Assembly (NCBI GenBank): GCA_043228905.1 | Contig: JBHGNT010000016.1 | Coordinates: forward strand, 19,096,001-19,160,000 | Length of the DNA: 64,000 nt | Reading direction: 5' to 3' | Origin: Azolla caroliniana | Taxonomy: Eukaryota > Plantae > Polypodiophyta | In this document: in pieces, positions 12,601 to 24,500 of the stretch | How the letters are laid out: every line of letters starts with the position of its first letter | Numbering within the stretch: position 1 is the stretch's first letter | The notes under the pieces: model-generated | What the model was told of the DNA's origin: nothing | What the model saw: only the letters and a program-made list of their open reading frames with translations | Database searches by the model: none | Made by a program: the position numbers and the translations under genes

Positions 12601-15600
12601 AGTTATTGCCTTGCAACAACTCACATGGAGACTTCCATTCCAATACTCTAGAGGGCATTCTATTGATCAATGTGGCAGCCGTCAAAACTGCCTGTCCCCA
12701 CAACTGCTTTGGGACATTCATAGAAATCATCATGCTTCTCGTTACCTCTAGAAGATGTCTATTCTTCCTCTCTGCTACTCCATTTTGTTCTGGTGTATAT
12801 GGGCATGTAGTTTGATGTTGTATTCCTTGATCTGAGAGGTATGCCCTAAATGTCATGTTAGCATACTTTGTTCCATTATCAGACCTCAACACTTTTATTA
12901 CTACACCATATTGAGTTTGAACTGCTCTATGAAAATCTTTAAAACAAGCAAATACTTCATTCTTTTTCCTCATCAAATATAACCAAGTCACACGAGAGAA
13001 GCAATCAATGAAAGAGACAAAATATCCATATCCATTAATAGAACTTGTGGAACATGGTCCCCAAACATTGGAGTGTATTACATCAAATGCATGGGAACTC
13101 CTATTACCTGAACTAGCATATGAGCTTTTAGTAAGCTTACCAAATCCACATGCATCACAAACAAGTTTTGTTTTATTAGCCTTTTCAAAAAGGTGTGGAT
13201 ACACCCAACTCAAAACGCCATAAGAGGTATGTCCCATACGTTGGTGGTAAAGTATCAACAACTCCTCATAACTCATTTTAGATCCCCTTACATCTGTTCC
13301 CTCTACCATAGATGCTAATGCTGAATCCAGCCCTTCACAATCCAAATACCATAGTCCATTATGCCATGTGCCAGTCCCAAGTCTCCGACCTGTCCCTTTC
13401 TCCTGGAATATCACCTTGGGAATATCAAAAGAAACAACACAGTTTAGTTGGTGTATGATAGAACTTATGGATAATAAGTTTACTGGGAAAGAAGGAGCAT
13501 GCAACACATTAGACAATGTCACAGAGTCGGCACATTTTACTGTACCCATACCCACTACAGATTGTGTTGTACCGTCAGCAATTTGAATGCTTTCTGGCAT
13601 TGATAAGTCAGTATACGAGGAGAATTCACTAGTATTAGCTGTTACATGCCTAGATGCGCCAGAATCAATTATCCATTCTGGTGTAGAGGCAAGAGTATTT
13701 GTGTTACTAGTACTTGTGGCTGAATAAGCATAGGTGGCAATGTTACCTCTTGACATGAGTGAAGTATCATTTGCGGCTCTTTGCTTCCTCCTAAGTATTT
13801 CTAAGAGAGCTTGATACTCTTCGGTGAACACCACCTTAGTTCCTTCCTCTTCTTTTGTTACCATCAAGTTTGCTTGGTGACCTCCTCTTGCACCTCTTCA
13901 GCCCCCTTGACCACGACCTCTAGTTTGTCCACGTCCTCCATATTCTCTCTCCTTCGATGGTTTAGGGCAAGCATTCTTTAAATGACCAGCTTCACCACAA
14001 TTGTAGCATTTTCGATTTTCACTTCCGCTTGAATTTGACACCATTAGTGCTGATCGTACCCCTGGAAGTCCGGTAGTGTCAGAGAGCAGCTTTATTCTAC
14101 TCTCCTCTTGTATCATAGTCGCAATTGCCTCATCAAGTGTGGGAATTTCAGCCTTGGCTAGAAGAACTGCCCTTCTTTGATCAAACGACGGGTTGAGATG
14201 TTTCAAAAATTGCATGGTTCTTCTTTGAGCAGAAATTTCCTTGCTCCATTGAGGATCATTGCATACTGTCTCAGGCGAGAAATGATCGTATTCTGCCCAT
14301 AGACACTCCAGCTCTATGGCATATTCCTGAATCCTCCTATCTCCCTGCCAAACAACATCTATCTCTTGCTCGATTTGAAATACTCTCATGTTGTTTCCCC
14401 TCCCAGCATACGTCTTTTGCAATTTCTCCCATATCTCCTTCACACTTAAAATTCCATCAACTATTGTGGCGATTGATGGAATCATGGAGTTGAGAAGCCA
14501 CATGTATAAAGACATGTGGGTAGCTCTCCATGCTTTCCATTCATTGCTCGTTGTGACAAGAGGTTTTTTCTCTTCTCCCGTTAGGTAGCCATCAAGGCTT
14601 CTCCCTGCCAAGGCACCTATAATCCAACGTGACCAGCTCAAGTATGTGGCTGGTCCATCGAGTTTGAACTCAACTGGGAGGAGTTCAAGTCGGGGCGGTG
14701 GTTGTGTTCCTGTCACACCTCCAGATGCTACAATCTCAGCCTGCTTCATGTATTTCACCAATGTTTTCACCGCATCCTCATTCAATTATGAGAACACCTC
14801 ATCCATCTTCTCAACTTGGCCTATCTCTGCTCTCCTCATCTAACTTCTTTTCTCAAGTCACCTCTCAATCACATAGCAATGTCATCCCAAATGAAAAAAA
14901 ATCCCCCTTTCCTCTCTTGGATGCTAGGACAGTGCTGTTCCAATCGCTGTCATACCAGCAGAAGGGTGGATCTAGGGTTTTGCAGAGGGGCGGATCTATG
15001 CTCTGATACCATAAAGAAAAATGAGAAGGCACATCTGTTCAGTAATATACATTGGTATGTCACAACTAGAGGGAGAAAATACAGAGATCGCTTATATTTA
15101 CATGAGGAGAAAGTTCCTCTTTATAAAGGCCAAGATATGGCTGTTGGGCTAACTAGTTGTTGGAAACAACTAGCCGTTGGGCTAGCCGTTATAACTTTTA
15201 AACATTCTCAACATAAAGAGACTAGGTAGGTATATCTTAGAGCTAAAACAACATAGAGAGAATAAGCTACAAAATGTTAACCATAACCATTCTAATATTC
15301 ACCAACATGTAACTAATGAAACTTTTCAGGCACAAGGGGAGACAATGAATGTGGACACACCTACAACACTCGGCCTCTCCTTTGCTGAAGCAGAAAAGCA
15401 AAGAACAACCAAATGCCTTCCGATGCCGAGCTTCATAGCAACTCAACATGGAGTAGAAACAATTAAGAAGATAAAGGAACGTGAGCTACGCCGCCTAGAA
15501 GCTATGGTTGGGGTACCTTTTACATTGGCACCACAGACCACATCCATATCGAAACCCTTTGACCTCCCGCTTCTTTTTAAGAGATTTGGATGGAAATGAA

Positions 15601-15805
15601 ACTAGGCCTAGTATAAAGCCATTTTCTTTATAGAATATGTTACACCATAACATGTTTTTGAATAATACTAGATCTCTTTAGCTTAAGTTCTATGTTATTT
15701 TTACTTTCGATGAATGGGTAAATACCCCATTTTTGTTGTAAACCAATGGTCTCATGGGCCAATTTTTGGTCTGAGAAGACGTTGATATATCTTTCTTTCT
15801 TTCTC
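9660..15805 (+). mobile_element. LINE 3' fragment (RTEX-like), split by the copia insertion: 9660-10138 and 15214-~15805
   Basis: C-terminal motif LRISPHQLEIENGR..REERICRLC..IEDEYHF..CP. The reading frame continues after the insertion (DIK|RLGRYILELKQHRE). The 3' end aagacgttgatata is followed by a (tctt)n tail. Confidence 0.8.
10139..15213 (-). mobile_element. Full-length Ty1/copia LTR retrotransposon (Ale-like), gag-pol disrupted
   Basis: 202-bp LTRs at 10139-10340 and 15012-15213 with ~7 differences. TSD TAAAG at 10134-10138 and 15214-15218. tRNA-iMet PBS TGGTATCAGAGC at 15011-15000 and PPT gagggggag next to 10340. Domains: gag with CYNCGEAGHLKNAC, protease WIIDSGAS, integrase, RT YVDD, RNase H. 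Confidence 0.95.
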
Positions 15806-16057
15806 ACTATATAAGGTAATTTGTGAGAAATATGATAACTTGTTAGACAAGCACGAAGTATCATACTCAAATTTACATCAGGACAAGTGCACATGCGCCT
15901 GCACTATTTTCGCATTGAGAGTGTTTACTACGGAGTAGAAACTTCCCTTCTTAAGGAGTTGCATACAAGATGATACGTTGATTTCATCCCATGGGTCAAT
16001 ATTGGCCTCATCATGGACAATAAATATTTATTCTATTCTCTCTCTCTCTCTCTCTAT

Positions 16058-18480
16058 GCCCGCGACACCTTCCTTCCATTGCTAGCACACATCTTTAATA
16101 GAGCCATGTGTGAAGGTTTCCCTACTATATGGACTCAACATACCATTGTGCCAATCTTCAAAAGTGGAGACCCATGATGCCAAGCAACTATAGGACAATC
16201 ATGATTGGCCATTACTTGGCTAAACTATATGGGTCGATTCTAGAATCAGAATTGAGTATATGGGCAGAGCAGAATGGCTGCCGTTCAATTGGACAGGCAG
16301 GTTTTCGGAAGGGGTTCACAACTTTGGATCGCATATTCACCCTCCGGGCCCTTATTCAGGAGGGCACAGCCCAAAATAAGAGGATTTATTGTTGCTTTGT
16401 GGATTTCCGAAAAGCCTTTGACATTGTGCCACGTGCTCGGCTTATGCAGCGGCTAGAAGCCCTTGGTGTTCCTACATATATGCAATGGGGAGTCTATGCA
16501 TCCGTGTCAGGAAAAGTGTGGTCTCCCAAGGGCTTGTCAGAGGCAGTTGCTAGCACAATTGGAGTGAAGCAAGGATGCCCACTATCCCCCACTCTCTTCG
16601 GTCTCTATATAGATGAGGTATCACATTACATAGAGAGATTCGGGGGTTCCAGAGCACGACTAGCAAGTATAGCTATACAAATATTACTATATGCTGATGA
16701 CATTGTGCTGATTTCTGACTCTCCGGAGGGACTACAAAGACATCTAAATGCCTTAGAACTATTTTGTACAGACAAAGGTTTGTCAATCAACATGGACAAA
16801 ACTAAAGTGATGGTGTTTAACACCACTCAAGCATGGGTAACAAGATCAGAACCAGAATTTTTCTTGGGAGAGGAAAAGGTGGAATACACACGCTCCTACA
16901 CATACCTAGGAGTAACATTTACAGGACTAAGGTTCTCCTTACAGGAGGCTGCTTGTGCCCGACTTTCTCGTGGATATGTAGCCCTTGGTGCTCTCGAGAG
17001 ACAATGTGCACATTTGCAGTTCAAAGAGCCACGAACTAAGCTATGGTTATTTGATACACTTGTCACACCAACTCTTCTCTATGGAGTAGAAACATGGGGA
17101 CCGAGTCTTAACAAGGCAAATCATTGGAAAGATTTAGAGAGACCTTTAGTGTCAATGATTGCTTGCATTATACGGAGCAAAGCATCGGTGCCCCACGATA
17201 TAATCCGGGCAGAGATGGGAGCAGCACCTATAATAACCGAGGCATTGTTCCGATCAGTGACATTTATCCAATGTCTTTGAGAGCTACCTAAACGAAGGTA
17301 CCCAAGGTTGGCACTTATGTCATCAAGACAACTAGCTGAAAATGGAGACACTCATTGTTGGTATGCTGAAATGCAGCAATGGTTCGAGTCACATGGCATG
17401 AGTATAAATGGTAGACATGCACTACCGCCGTTCCAATATAGCTTGGACTGTCCTCACCTAAATATGACCAAAGTGGAAAAGAATAGAGTGATCCGGACTA
17501 ATATTATTAACATGGAAAACAAGATAACATGGATCAGCCCCAAAATACCACTTGGTACAAAGATGGCCCACTATAAGACACACTTCTTACATACATCGGA
17601 GGATGGATTTGTCATCAGGCCACTTTATATGGACATACATCTATCCTATGTGCTGCATAGTGTGATAGGGCAGCTGCGAACTTCATCACATCAGCTACAG
17701 ATTGAGGTAGGCAGATATACACGACTACCTCTAGAAGAGAGAATTTGCCAATTGTGTCATCAAGGAGTGGAATCTGAAGAACACTATGTTTGTCATTGTA
17801 GTGTCTTTTATGAAATCAGAGGGAGATACCATTGCCTCTTTAAACAAGACTTTGGCCCACTACGCAAGGTAATGGAATATGAGGACCAACGATGCCTAGA
17901 ACTTTTCTAGCTAGAGCTCAAGAGACATCGGGAAAAGTTGTTGAAGAATACAACCACACAAGCTCATTCACAAAGAACAATCCAACTTTCTTTAGCTCCA
18001 TCACTCCTACTAATGCTACAAGTGAATTACGGGATACACAAATGGGCTCCAAACCAAGACATAACAAAGGGGTTTAGATTGATCGGGCAATAGCAATTTG
18101 TCGTGCACGTAGGCCCCGGCCCCATGGACCACGACCTCGACACCCTTGTCATCGACAGATAAAAGCCATTATCAACCGCCATCGTAGATGCTTCCCTCGC
18201 TTCGGAGACATTTCCATTCTAGATCGGCCTATGCTAGAGAGCTTTCGAAGACAAAAGCTACAATATATCTAACTTGAGAATCTCACATGTGCCAAAAACC
18301 AGATTCCCTCGTTTCTTTTCTTTTCATCTTATTTACTTTTATATTTACTGTGTAATATTTATTTTATTTTGATTTGTTCTCAAAGACGAGACAACACTTA
18401 CGATGTAATCTCTTGTTTGGTCTTATAGATCATTTTGGCCTCTTAAAAGACGTTAATATATCTTTCTTTCTTTCTTTCTC
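16058..18480 (+). mobile_element. 5'-truncated LINE (RTEX-like), RT plus C-terminal CCHC, premature stops
   Basis: Motifs QAGFR, FVDFRKAFD, GVKQGCPLSPTLF, LLYADD, YTYLG, LQIEVGRY..ERICQLC..ESEEHY..C. In-frame TGA at 17278-17280. It has the same 3' end (aagacgttaatata + (tctt)n) as the neighbouring LINE. Confidence 0.9.
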
Positions 18481-18887
18481 CTTCAATGTCTGCAACTTTC
18501 TGCATTTTTCACCTAGCCAACTTTCTCCCTCAGCCAAGGTGGATAAATATATAGATGTTGCTAGTAGAGCATCTACATGCATTGGCTTGGTACTGCTGTT
18601 CAACTTAGGCCTACCACAGGAATTTATATAGCTTTCTATTTCTCATTTTCTACAAAGAGTATTGTGGTATACAACACTTTAGATACAATCATAACATCAC
18701 TTTCAAACATCATACACATCACATCAGTTGCAAATGTCACGCCGGGGAGAGGATACCTCGATAAGTTAGAGCACTAAATGGAAACATGCAGTTGTTACGG
18801 TGACAAATGTCAAAAAGATTACAAATATGAGATTTAATCTGCTCTCTCTCTCTCTCATGAAGAAATAAAAAAGAAGTTGAAAGTGAC

Positions 18888-20565
18888 CTTGGAAGTGTTT
18901 GTTGAATGGCCATCATTATTCTTGTTAATCACAAATCCTTGAAATTGTTTGTCGAGCTGATGACTTGCAAATAATTTATCTGGCGTAATGTCAAGATGTG
19001 ATAGTGATATAGGATCCTCACATTCTTCTTTCACTTTTACATTGTGTGATACAGGAATACCTGATAATGCCACAGTAGATTCTAGTATGAGAGAAGAATG
19101 AGTGTTCTTTATATCTGACTTCTCCTTTGGAGCTCTAGTTTGATCAACTTCTTTATGTTGCAATATTCCAGTAATGAACTCTCCTCTATGCTTTGTTAAA
19201 GCTGATTTGAAAACATGAGGTGTTTTCTGCTCTTCAGCTACATTTCCATCGAGATTTAAATCTTCTATTTCATGTTTGGTCTTATTTTGCTGGATATTAC
19301 AAATAGCTGAACTTTTCAGCGTTTTCAAATTATCATTACTTGGATGTTTTCCCAAGTCAGAGCTAACCATTGAGAGGATAGTTTGATGATCATCAGGTGG
19401 AACAAGAACTACATTAGGCTGATAAACTTGCTCAGAATCTTTCAAGGATTCTGAAGATCTTTTATTCTGATGTGCCTCCTCAGCCATCTTTAGGTCTCTC
19501 AAGAGAAAATCCTTTGGCTCCAATGATTGATCTGGAAGGTTCTTCTGCTTCTTCAGCTGCTCACCTTTTAATATTTTTGTACAAATAAAGCCTTTTTCCT
19601 CTCGTGAAGACTCTGTTCTCAAAGATTCTACTGCCTCTTCTTTGACATGCACAAATTGCCAATGCCACCGATAGCTATCAATATGTACATGAGGCGTATA
19701 CGGAACCAAAGTTATTGGATAAGGCATTCCCATCTCTTGGAATTGCATGGGTGGTGATCTATACTGAGCATTCAAACTTAGATCTGCTTGTGGTGGAACA
19801 ATATTAGCTGAGAAAGGAACTGCATAAGGAAAAATGGCATATCTGTCATAAGGCATTATAGCATATCTGTCATTCTCGAAGACAGAACCAGGATGTAGTT
19901 TGTTATCTTTGATGGCACTGATGTCTTGATGTTTATTATCAGACAAATTAAAGCTTGGCCTTTTTCTGAGCCCAATCTCTGTGGCAGGCTTTATACATTT
20001 CATCCTTTCTACATGTTCATCCTCAAGCTTAAGTCTCTTAATGGAAGACAATTCACTGCTCCGACACCAGGCTTTGCCATGTTTTCTCTCGGCTATTTTT
20101 TCTGGAGTCTCCCCAGTTATTCTGTGAATCAAATAGTCATGAACATTGTTGAAGCCGTGCGACCGTGCAGTGTGCACGAGCAGCCCCGTTGGCTCTAGCC
20201 CCTGTGCTCTCCTGCATGGTCCACAGTTGCAACTGCAAATATATATATACAGAGAGAGAGAGAGAAATAGAAAGGAAGAAAGAAAAAAATACTATCTCAG
20301 ATTCAATGAGATAGATAAGCAACAACAAATGTCAAGCTTTAATCAACCTTAAGGTGAAAGTACCAGTTATTGCAACCATCACCACATCCCCCTCTACATT
20401 TTGGACAAACCCAATCAACATCATCCTGCACAATAATACAGTGTTTGGAAAAACTTTATTTTACATGGAGATAATAAACCTTCCTCCAAATTTGTTCAGG
20501 TAATCTATCAGCAAATATCTCAAAATTTTAAGGTTTTTTTTATCTAAAACATCCTGGATTATACA

Positions 20566-20601
<36 letters not shown>

Positions 20602-21294
20602 TGCATAATGTATATGGATTTTGAATTTTCAAAGACGCAAAACTTTATAGATATTTTCCAAGCATTGCCTGGATTTTGTATACATGCATACACCTATGTG
20701 TATGCATAAGTATACCCATACACACACATTTACATGCACGTGTATGTGTATGTGTATTGTGTGTGTACGCATACATGTATGCGTATGTGTATGTACACGA
20801 CTTAAAATTTCCAAGACACAAAAGTTTAGGGTTATTTTCCATACCTGCATTTCTATTTGAACAAATTCACCATGCCGATTCTTGAGACACCCACCACAGA
20901 ATGCAACGGTACATTCACAACATCGAACATGATCTTCCACTGTCTTCTGGCGGCACCAATGGCATGAGACACCCAAAATAGAGTCATAGATGCGGGTACC
21001 GATGAGCCTTCGACCAGGATGTTGGCATCTCTGGCGAGAAATCTGGCCATTGTTACATTCTGAAGGTATCAAAGCAGTGGAATGGCCACCATCATTGCAC
21101 TCTGAAGGTACCAATAAACTGGTGGAATTGTAATAATTATCGCACTCTGAAGGTATGAGTGAGTTAGTAGAAGGGTGACCATGAGTGCACCCTGAAGGTA
21201 GCAGTAAACTCGTCGATAATGGTGTTGATAACGTTAGATGTGTTGCACTCAGTGGTGTTGATGGGTTAATTTGCACTCCTAATGAAGATGCCAT
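18888..21294 (-). CDS. zf-4CXXC_R1 (CDCA7/JPO-like) zinc-finger protein, 5' part: exons 21294-20845, 20425-20364, 20232-18888
   Basis: Spliced translation reads RIYDSILGVSCHWCRQKT..CCEC..FCGGCLKNRHGE..MQ|DDVDWVCPKCRGGCGDGCNNC|CNCGPCRRAQGLEPTGLLVHTARSHGFNNVHDYL, followed by a long low-complexity exon. Junctions are GT-AG with matching phases. Confidence 0.88.
20561..20796. repeat. Intronic (ACAT)n / (TG,TA)n microsatellite tract
   Basis: atacatacat... run and alternating purine-pyrimidine tracts. Confidence 0.8.
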
Positions 21295-21784
21295 ATGTAG
21301 ATTCGCATACAGAGATCAATCGATTTCCACAAAAGAAGGATAGTTTAAACCTGAATCTGAGCTCACAGACATGAGAATTAAGGATGACCTTTCTGTTTAG
21401 AAAACCTTCAAGCACATCTATTTGTAAGTGAAAAAACATAGAGATGACATAACATTGCAGATATTGTTATTTAATTCTTTTAACAGTATCCTTGTTATAA
21501 GTGAAATAACACATGTAAGCCCACATAGCATTTCCAACTGCTTCGAATTCCGTAGGAAAACAAAGGGATAAGACTTTCCTTAGGGAAATGGTGTTTCTAC
21601 CTGATTAAGAGTTGAAATGTAAGAAAAGGGTTGCAGAGTCGCATCGATTGTTTGTGATTTAAGTTTTCTCTTGGGTTACAGAACCTAATTTAGAGATATA
21701 GATGTGCCCATAACGTCATAAAGTAAAATTTGAGAAGAGGGTCATCAACAGATCATCGCCATGGCCACATAGCTCTTATGAAAA

Positions 21785-21847
21785 GGGGGGGGGGGGGGGG
21801 GGAAGAGAGAGAGAGAGAGAGAGATCAGATCAGATCAGATCAGATCA
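21785..21847. repeat. Compound G-run + (GA)n + (GATCA)n, probably in the 5'UTR intron of the zinc-finger gene
   Basis: Seen directly. A minus-strand donor-like gtgagt lies at ~21857. Confidence 0.75.
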
Positions 21848-23549
21848 AAGCACTCACTTGGGTTTTTTTGCTGTGTTGTATTGTCTGTACTGGATTGATC
21901 AGTCCTTTTCAAGCTCCCCTGTTTTTTCTTCCCCTTTTCAGATAACAGTGATGTTTTCTTTTCTCTCTTGTCTTTCTGGTAAAGCCTTTTTATGCATTTT
22001 CTTCTGCATTTGCTTCCTTCTCATTCATTCATTCATTCATATGAAAATTGAATGAATGAACACAATATGCTTTCCATAAAGATAGAGCACACATTAAAAG
22101 GAGGTAGTAAGTAGGCATGTATGTACATATGTATGTTATATGCTTATGCTTCTTGCTTTGTTTGCAAGGGTGTCAAACTCTCGTGTTCAGACGAGAGAGA
22201 GACGGTTGCCGCTTGTTTCGTGAAGTCTTCGTGTTCCATCGACCCTAGTCAATGCCGAAACCTTCGGACCAGGAAGGCATCGTCAGTGCCAATGATTGAT
22301 GGCCCTCTAGAGTCAGGCTCAGTCAACCTACATAGAAGAGAATTGTACACTCCTTCTATTGATCCTTCCATTGATGATTCGGCAAATGATATCGAAGATG
22401 TTGTTGCAACCCATAAGGAGTCTCCTCTTCATAGTGGTTCAGGAAGTTGTAGACGCACAAAGGGTTTGTGTAATAAACCAAGCTCTTTGTGTATATGAAT
22501 CTAGTAGCAACAAGGAACCTCAACATATTGTACTCATAATGTTTCTCCCGTCTTTTAAGTTTCCATACTCAAAAACTTACTTGTATTGGAATTTATAAAT
22601 TGCCACTCCTCAAGGCTGCATGCAAGCGATTTCCGTAGAAAGTTAAAAATTTGTCTTGATGGACACATCCTAGTTGATTCATCTATAAGCCTTTCATCTT
22701 AAACAAACTCTTTAGATAATTGAATGTTGGATCCTTTTACTCGGAAGTCCAAGATTTTAGGTAGTTCCTCAATTTCCACAAAATTTGACATTTCGAACTT
22801 CTTGATCACGTATCGTCCGCGTTCTTTTTTATTCTAGCCATATGGAAGACAATGTGAACCTTGGAAATTTCTAGCACACGAACTTGTAATAAGTAGTACC
22901 TACTTCTTTTAAGATTGGTAGATGTCTAGTCAACACCTTATAAAATCCACAACAAGTACTGATGTAAATCAACAAGATGCCATTAGGAATAACTATCGAC
23001 CATTGTCTACAATAAGCATAAGCTTTTAGGCATTCAGGATATCTTTTTGTACAACTTTCAAGAATGCCCTTTTCCTATTATTCTAGTTTTTGAGTTAGTT
23101 GCAAGTGAGTGGCTGGATTGAAACCTATATACATTAATGATCTAATATTACTCAAATATACCTGGAAAAGTCAACAAAGATAGAGATGTAAGAAATAAAA
23201 TCTTGTATTTCAAATATCTATGGGTTTATTGATCCAATAAAGTAATGGTCACAAAAACATCATCATGATTTGTGGCATACCGTTGTTGCAGTTTTCTTAT
23301 GTATAATGTGGACATGTTTCTAATTGTTCTAAAATGGCAAATGCAAAATGTTGGTATAAGTGCCGAAAGGACCCAATTCTTAGTAACAACTTAAGAATGC
23401 CTCATCGCCATTAGTTTGCTTCTTAGTTGAATGAAGTTTAACTATGTCAGTGGCTATTTATTTGTTTATGACCATTTCATTGAAAATGACCTAAACTACT
23501 AGGGTTGTTGTGCTCATTGGATGGGGTATGTGAGAAGAATTCACATATG

Positions 23550-24500
23550 ATTCCCATGTGTTGAAAGTTGAAACAATAACCACTCATGCAAGCTATGTGA
23601 TAACTTCAACATCCCGTCTTTCATGCAAAGACGAATTACATAGAGGTGAAGTATCACTTCATCAGAGATGTAAAGTTGCTCATGAATCTAGTATCATGGT
23701 TACTCACTACACCAGTCAAAAGAACATAGGAGTGATATTGCTTGAACTATATATTTGGTTGTGGAGCTTTGATGACATCACAAGTGGAAATAAATCGATC
23801 ACCTTGATTAACCTATAAACATATGATCGCACGAAAAATCATGAATATAATTGCCCACTTTTTGGGGGGAATCTCCAAATGATAAAGTTAGTGTCGATTG
23901 TCAATTGGTTTCTCACTATCACTAGTAGGCAGGCACATATACATTTCCACTATATAATGATAATTATACCGAAATCAAGTTCTGATTCGTGGTACAAGTT
24001 ACTTGTTTAACTTGTTGTCAAACATTGATAAAAGTGGTGTCAATTTGATAATAAGTTGCCTAAAATGCCACAAGGTTTTGCTAACTAATATGAAGTAGTG
24101 TTTTTTTTTGGGGAAAAAAATGCCTACAAGGAGTATATTTCAATGGAAACAATGTGTATTCAAGTTAAGATGTCAACAATCACTATTATTATATTGACCT
24201 TTATGGTGCCAAAGTATACCATCAAATTTGAACAAATCCTTCCTAGCTTGATTTTATAGAAACCCTGAAGATCTCCTTGCCACTTGATATCCTAGTGGCC
24301 AACTACAACTTAAAATGTGGACCAAATAGATAATGTCTAAATATATTGGGAGCATAAATTGTTGCAAAGTTGTATTCCATGAGTTCATGTCAAACTTCTT
24401 ACTTTCAAATGCAATTGGAAGACCCTTTTGTTGCATAGTTACAATACAAATGTGAAACCATTGACATCAACTTCTATCAAGAACTCTTTAACATTACTTG
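23550..24500 (-). mobile_element. Highly decayed Ty3/gypsy pol remnant (RNase H/integrase)
   Basis: MQQKGLPIAFESKKF resembles the gypsy RNase H motif LMQxGxPIAFESRKL. The downstream sequence is heavily interrupted and the boundaries are approximate. Confidence 0.5.

Noticed and set aside
22121-23500. Possible gene or DNA-transposon remnant (ORF 22121-22498 and downstream)
   Set aside because: No recognisable motif, splice chain or terminal repeats. It is probably decayed TE but cannot be assigned.
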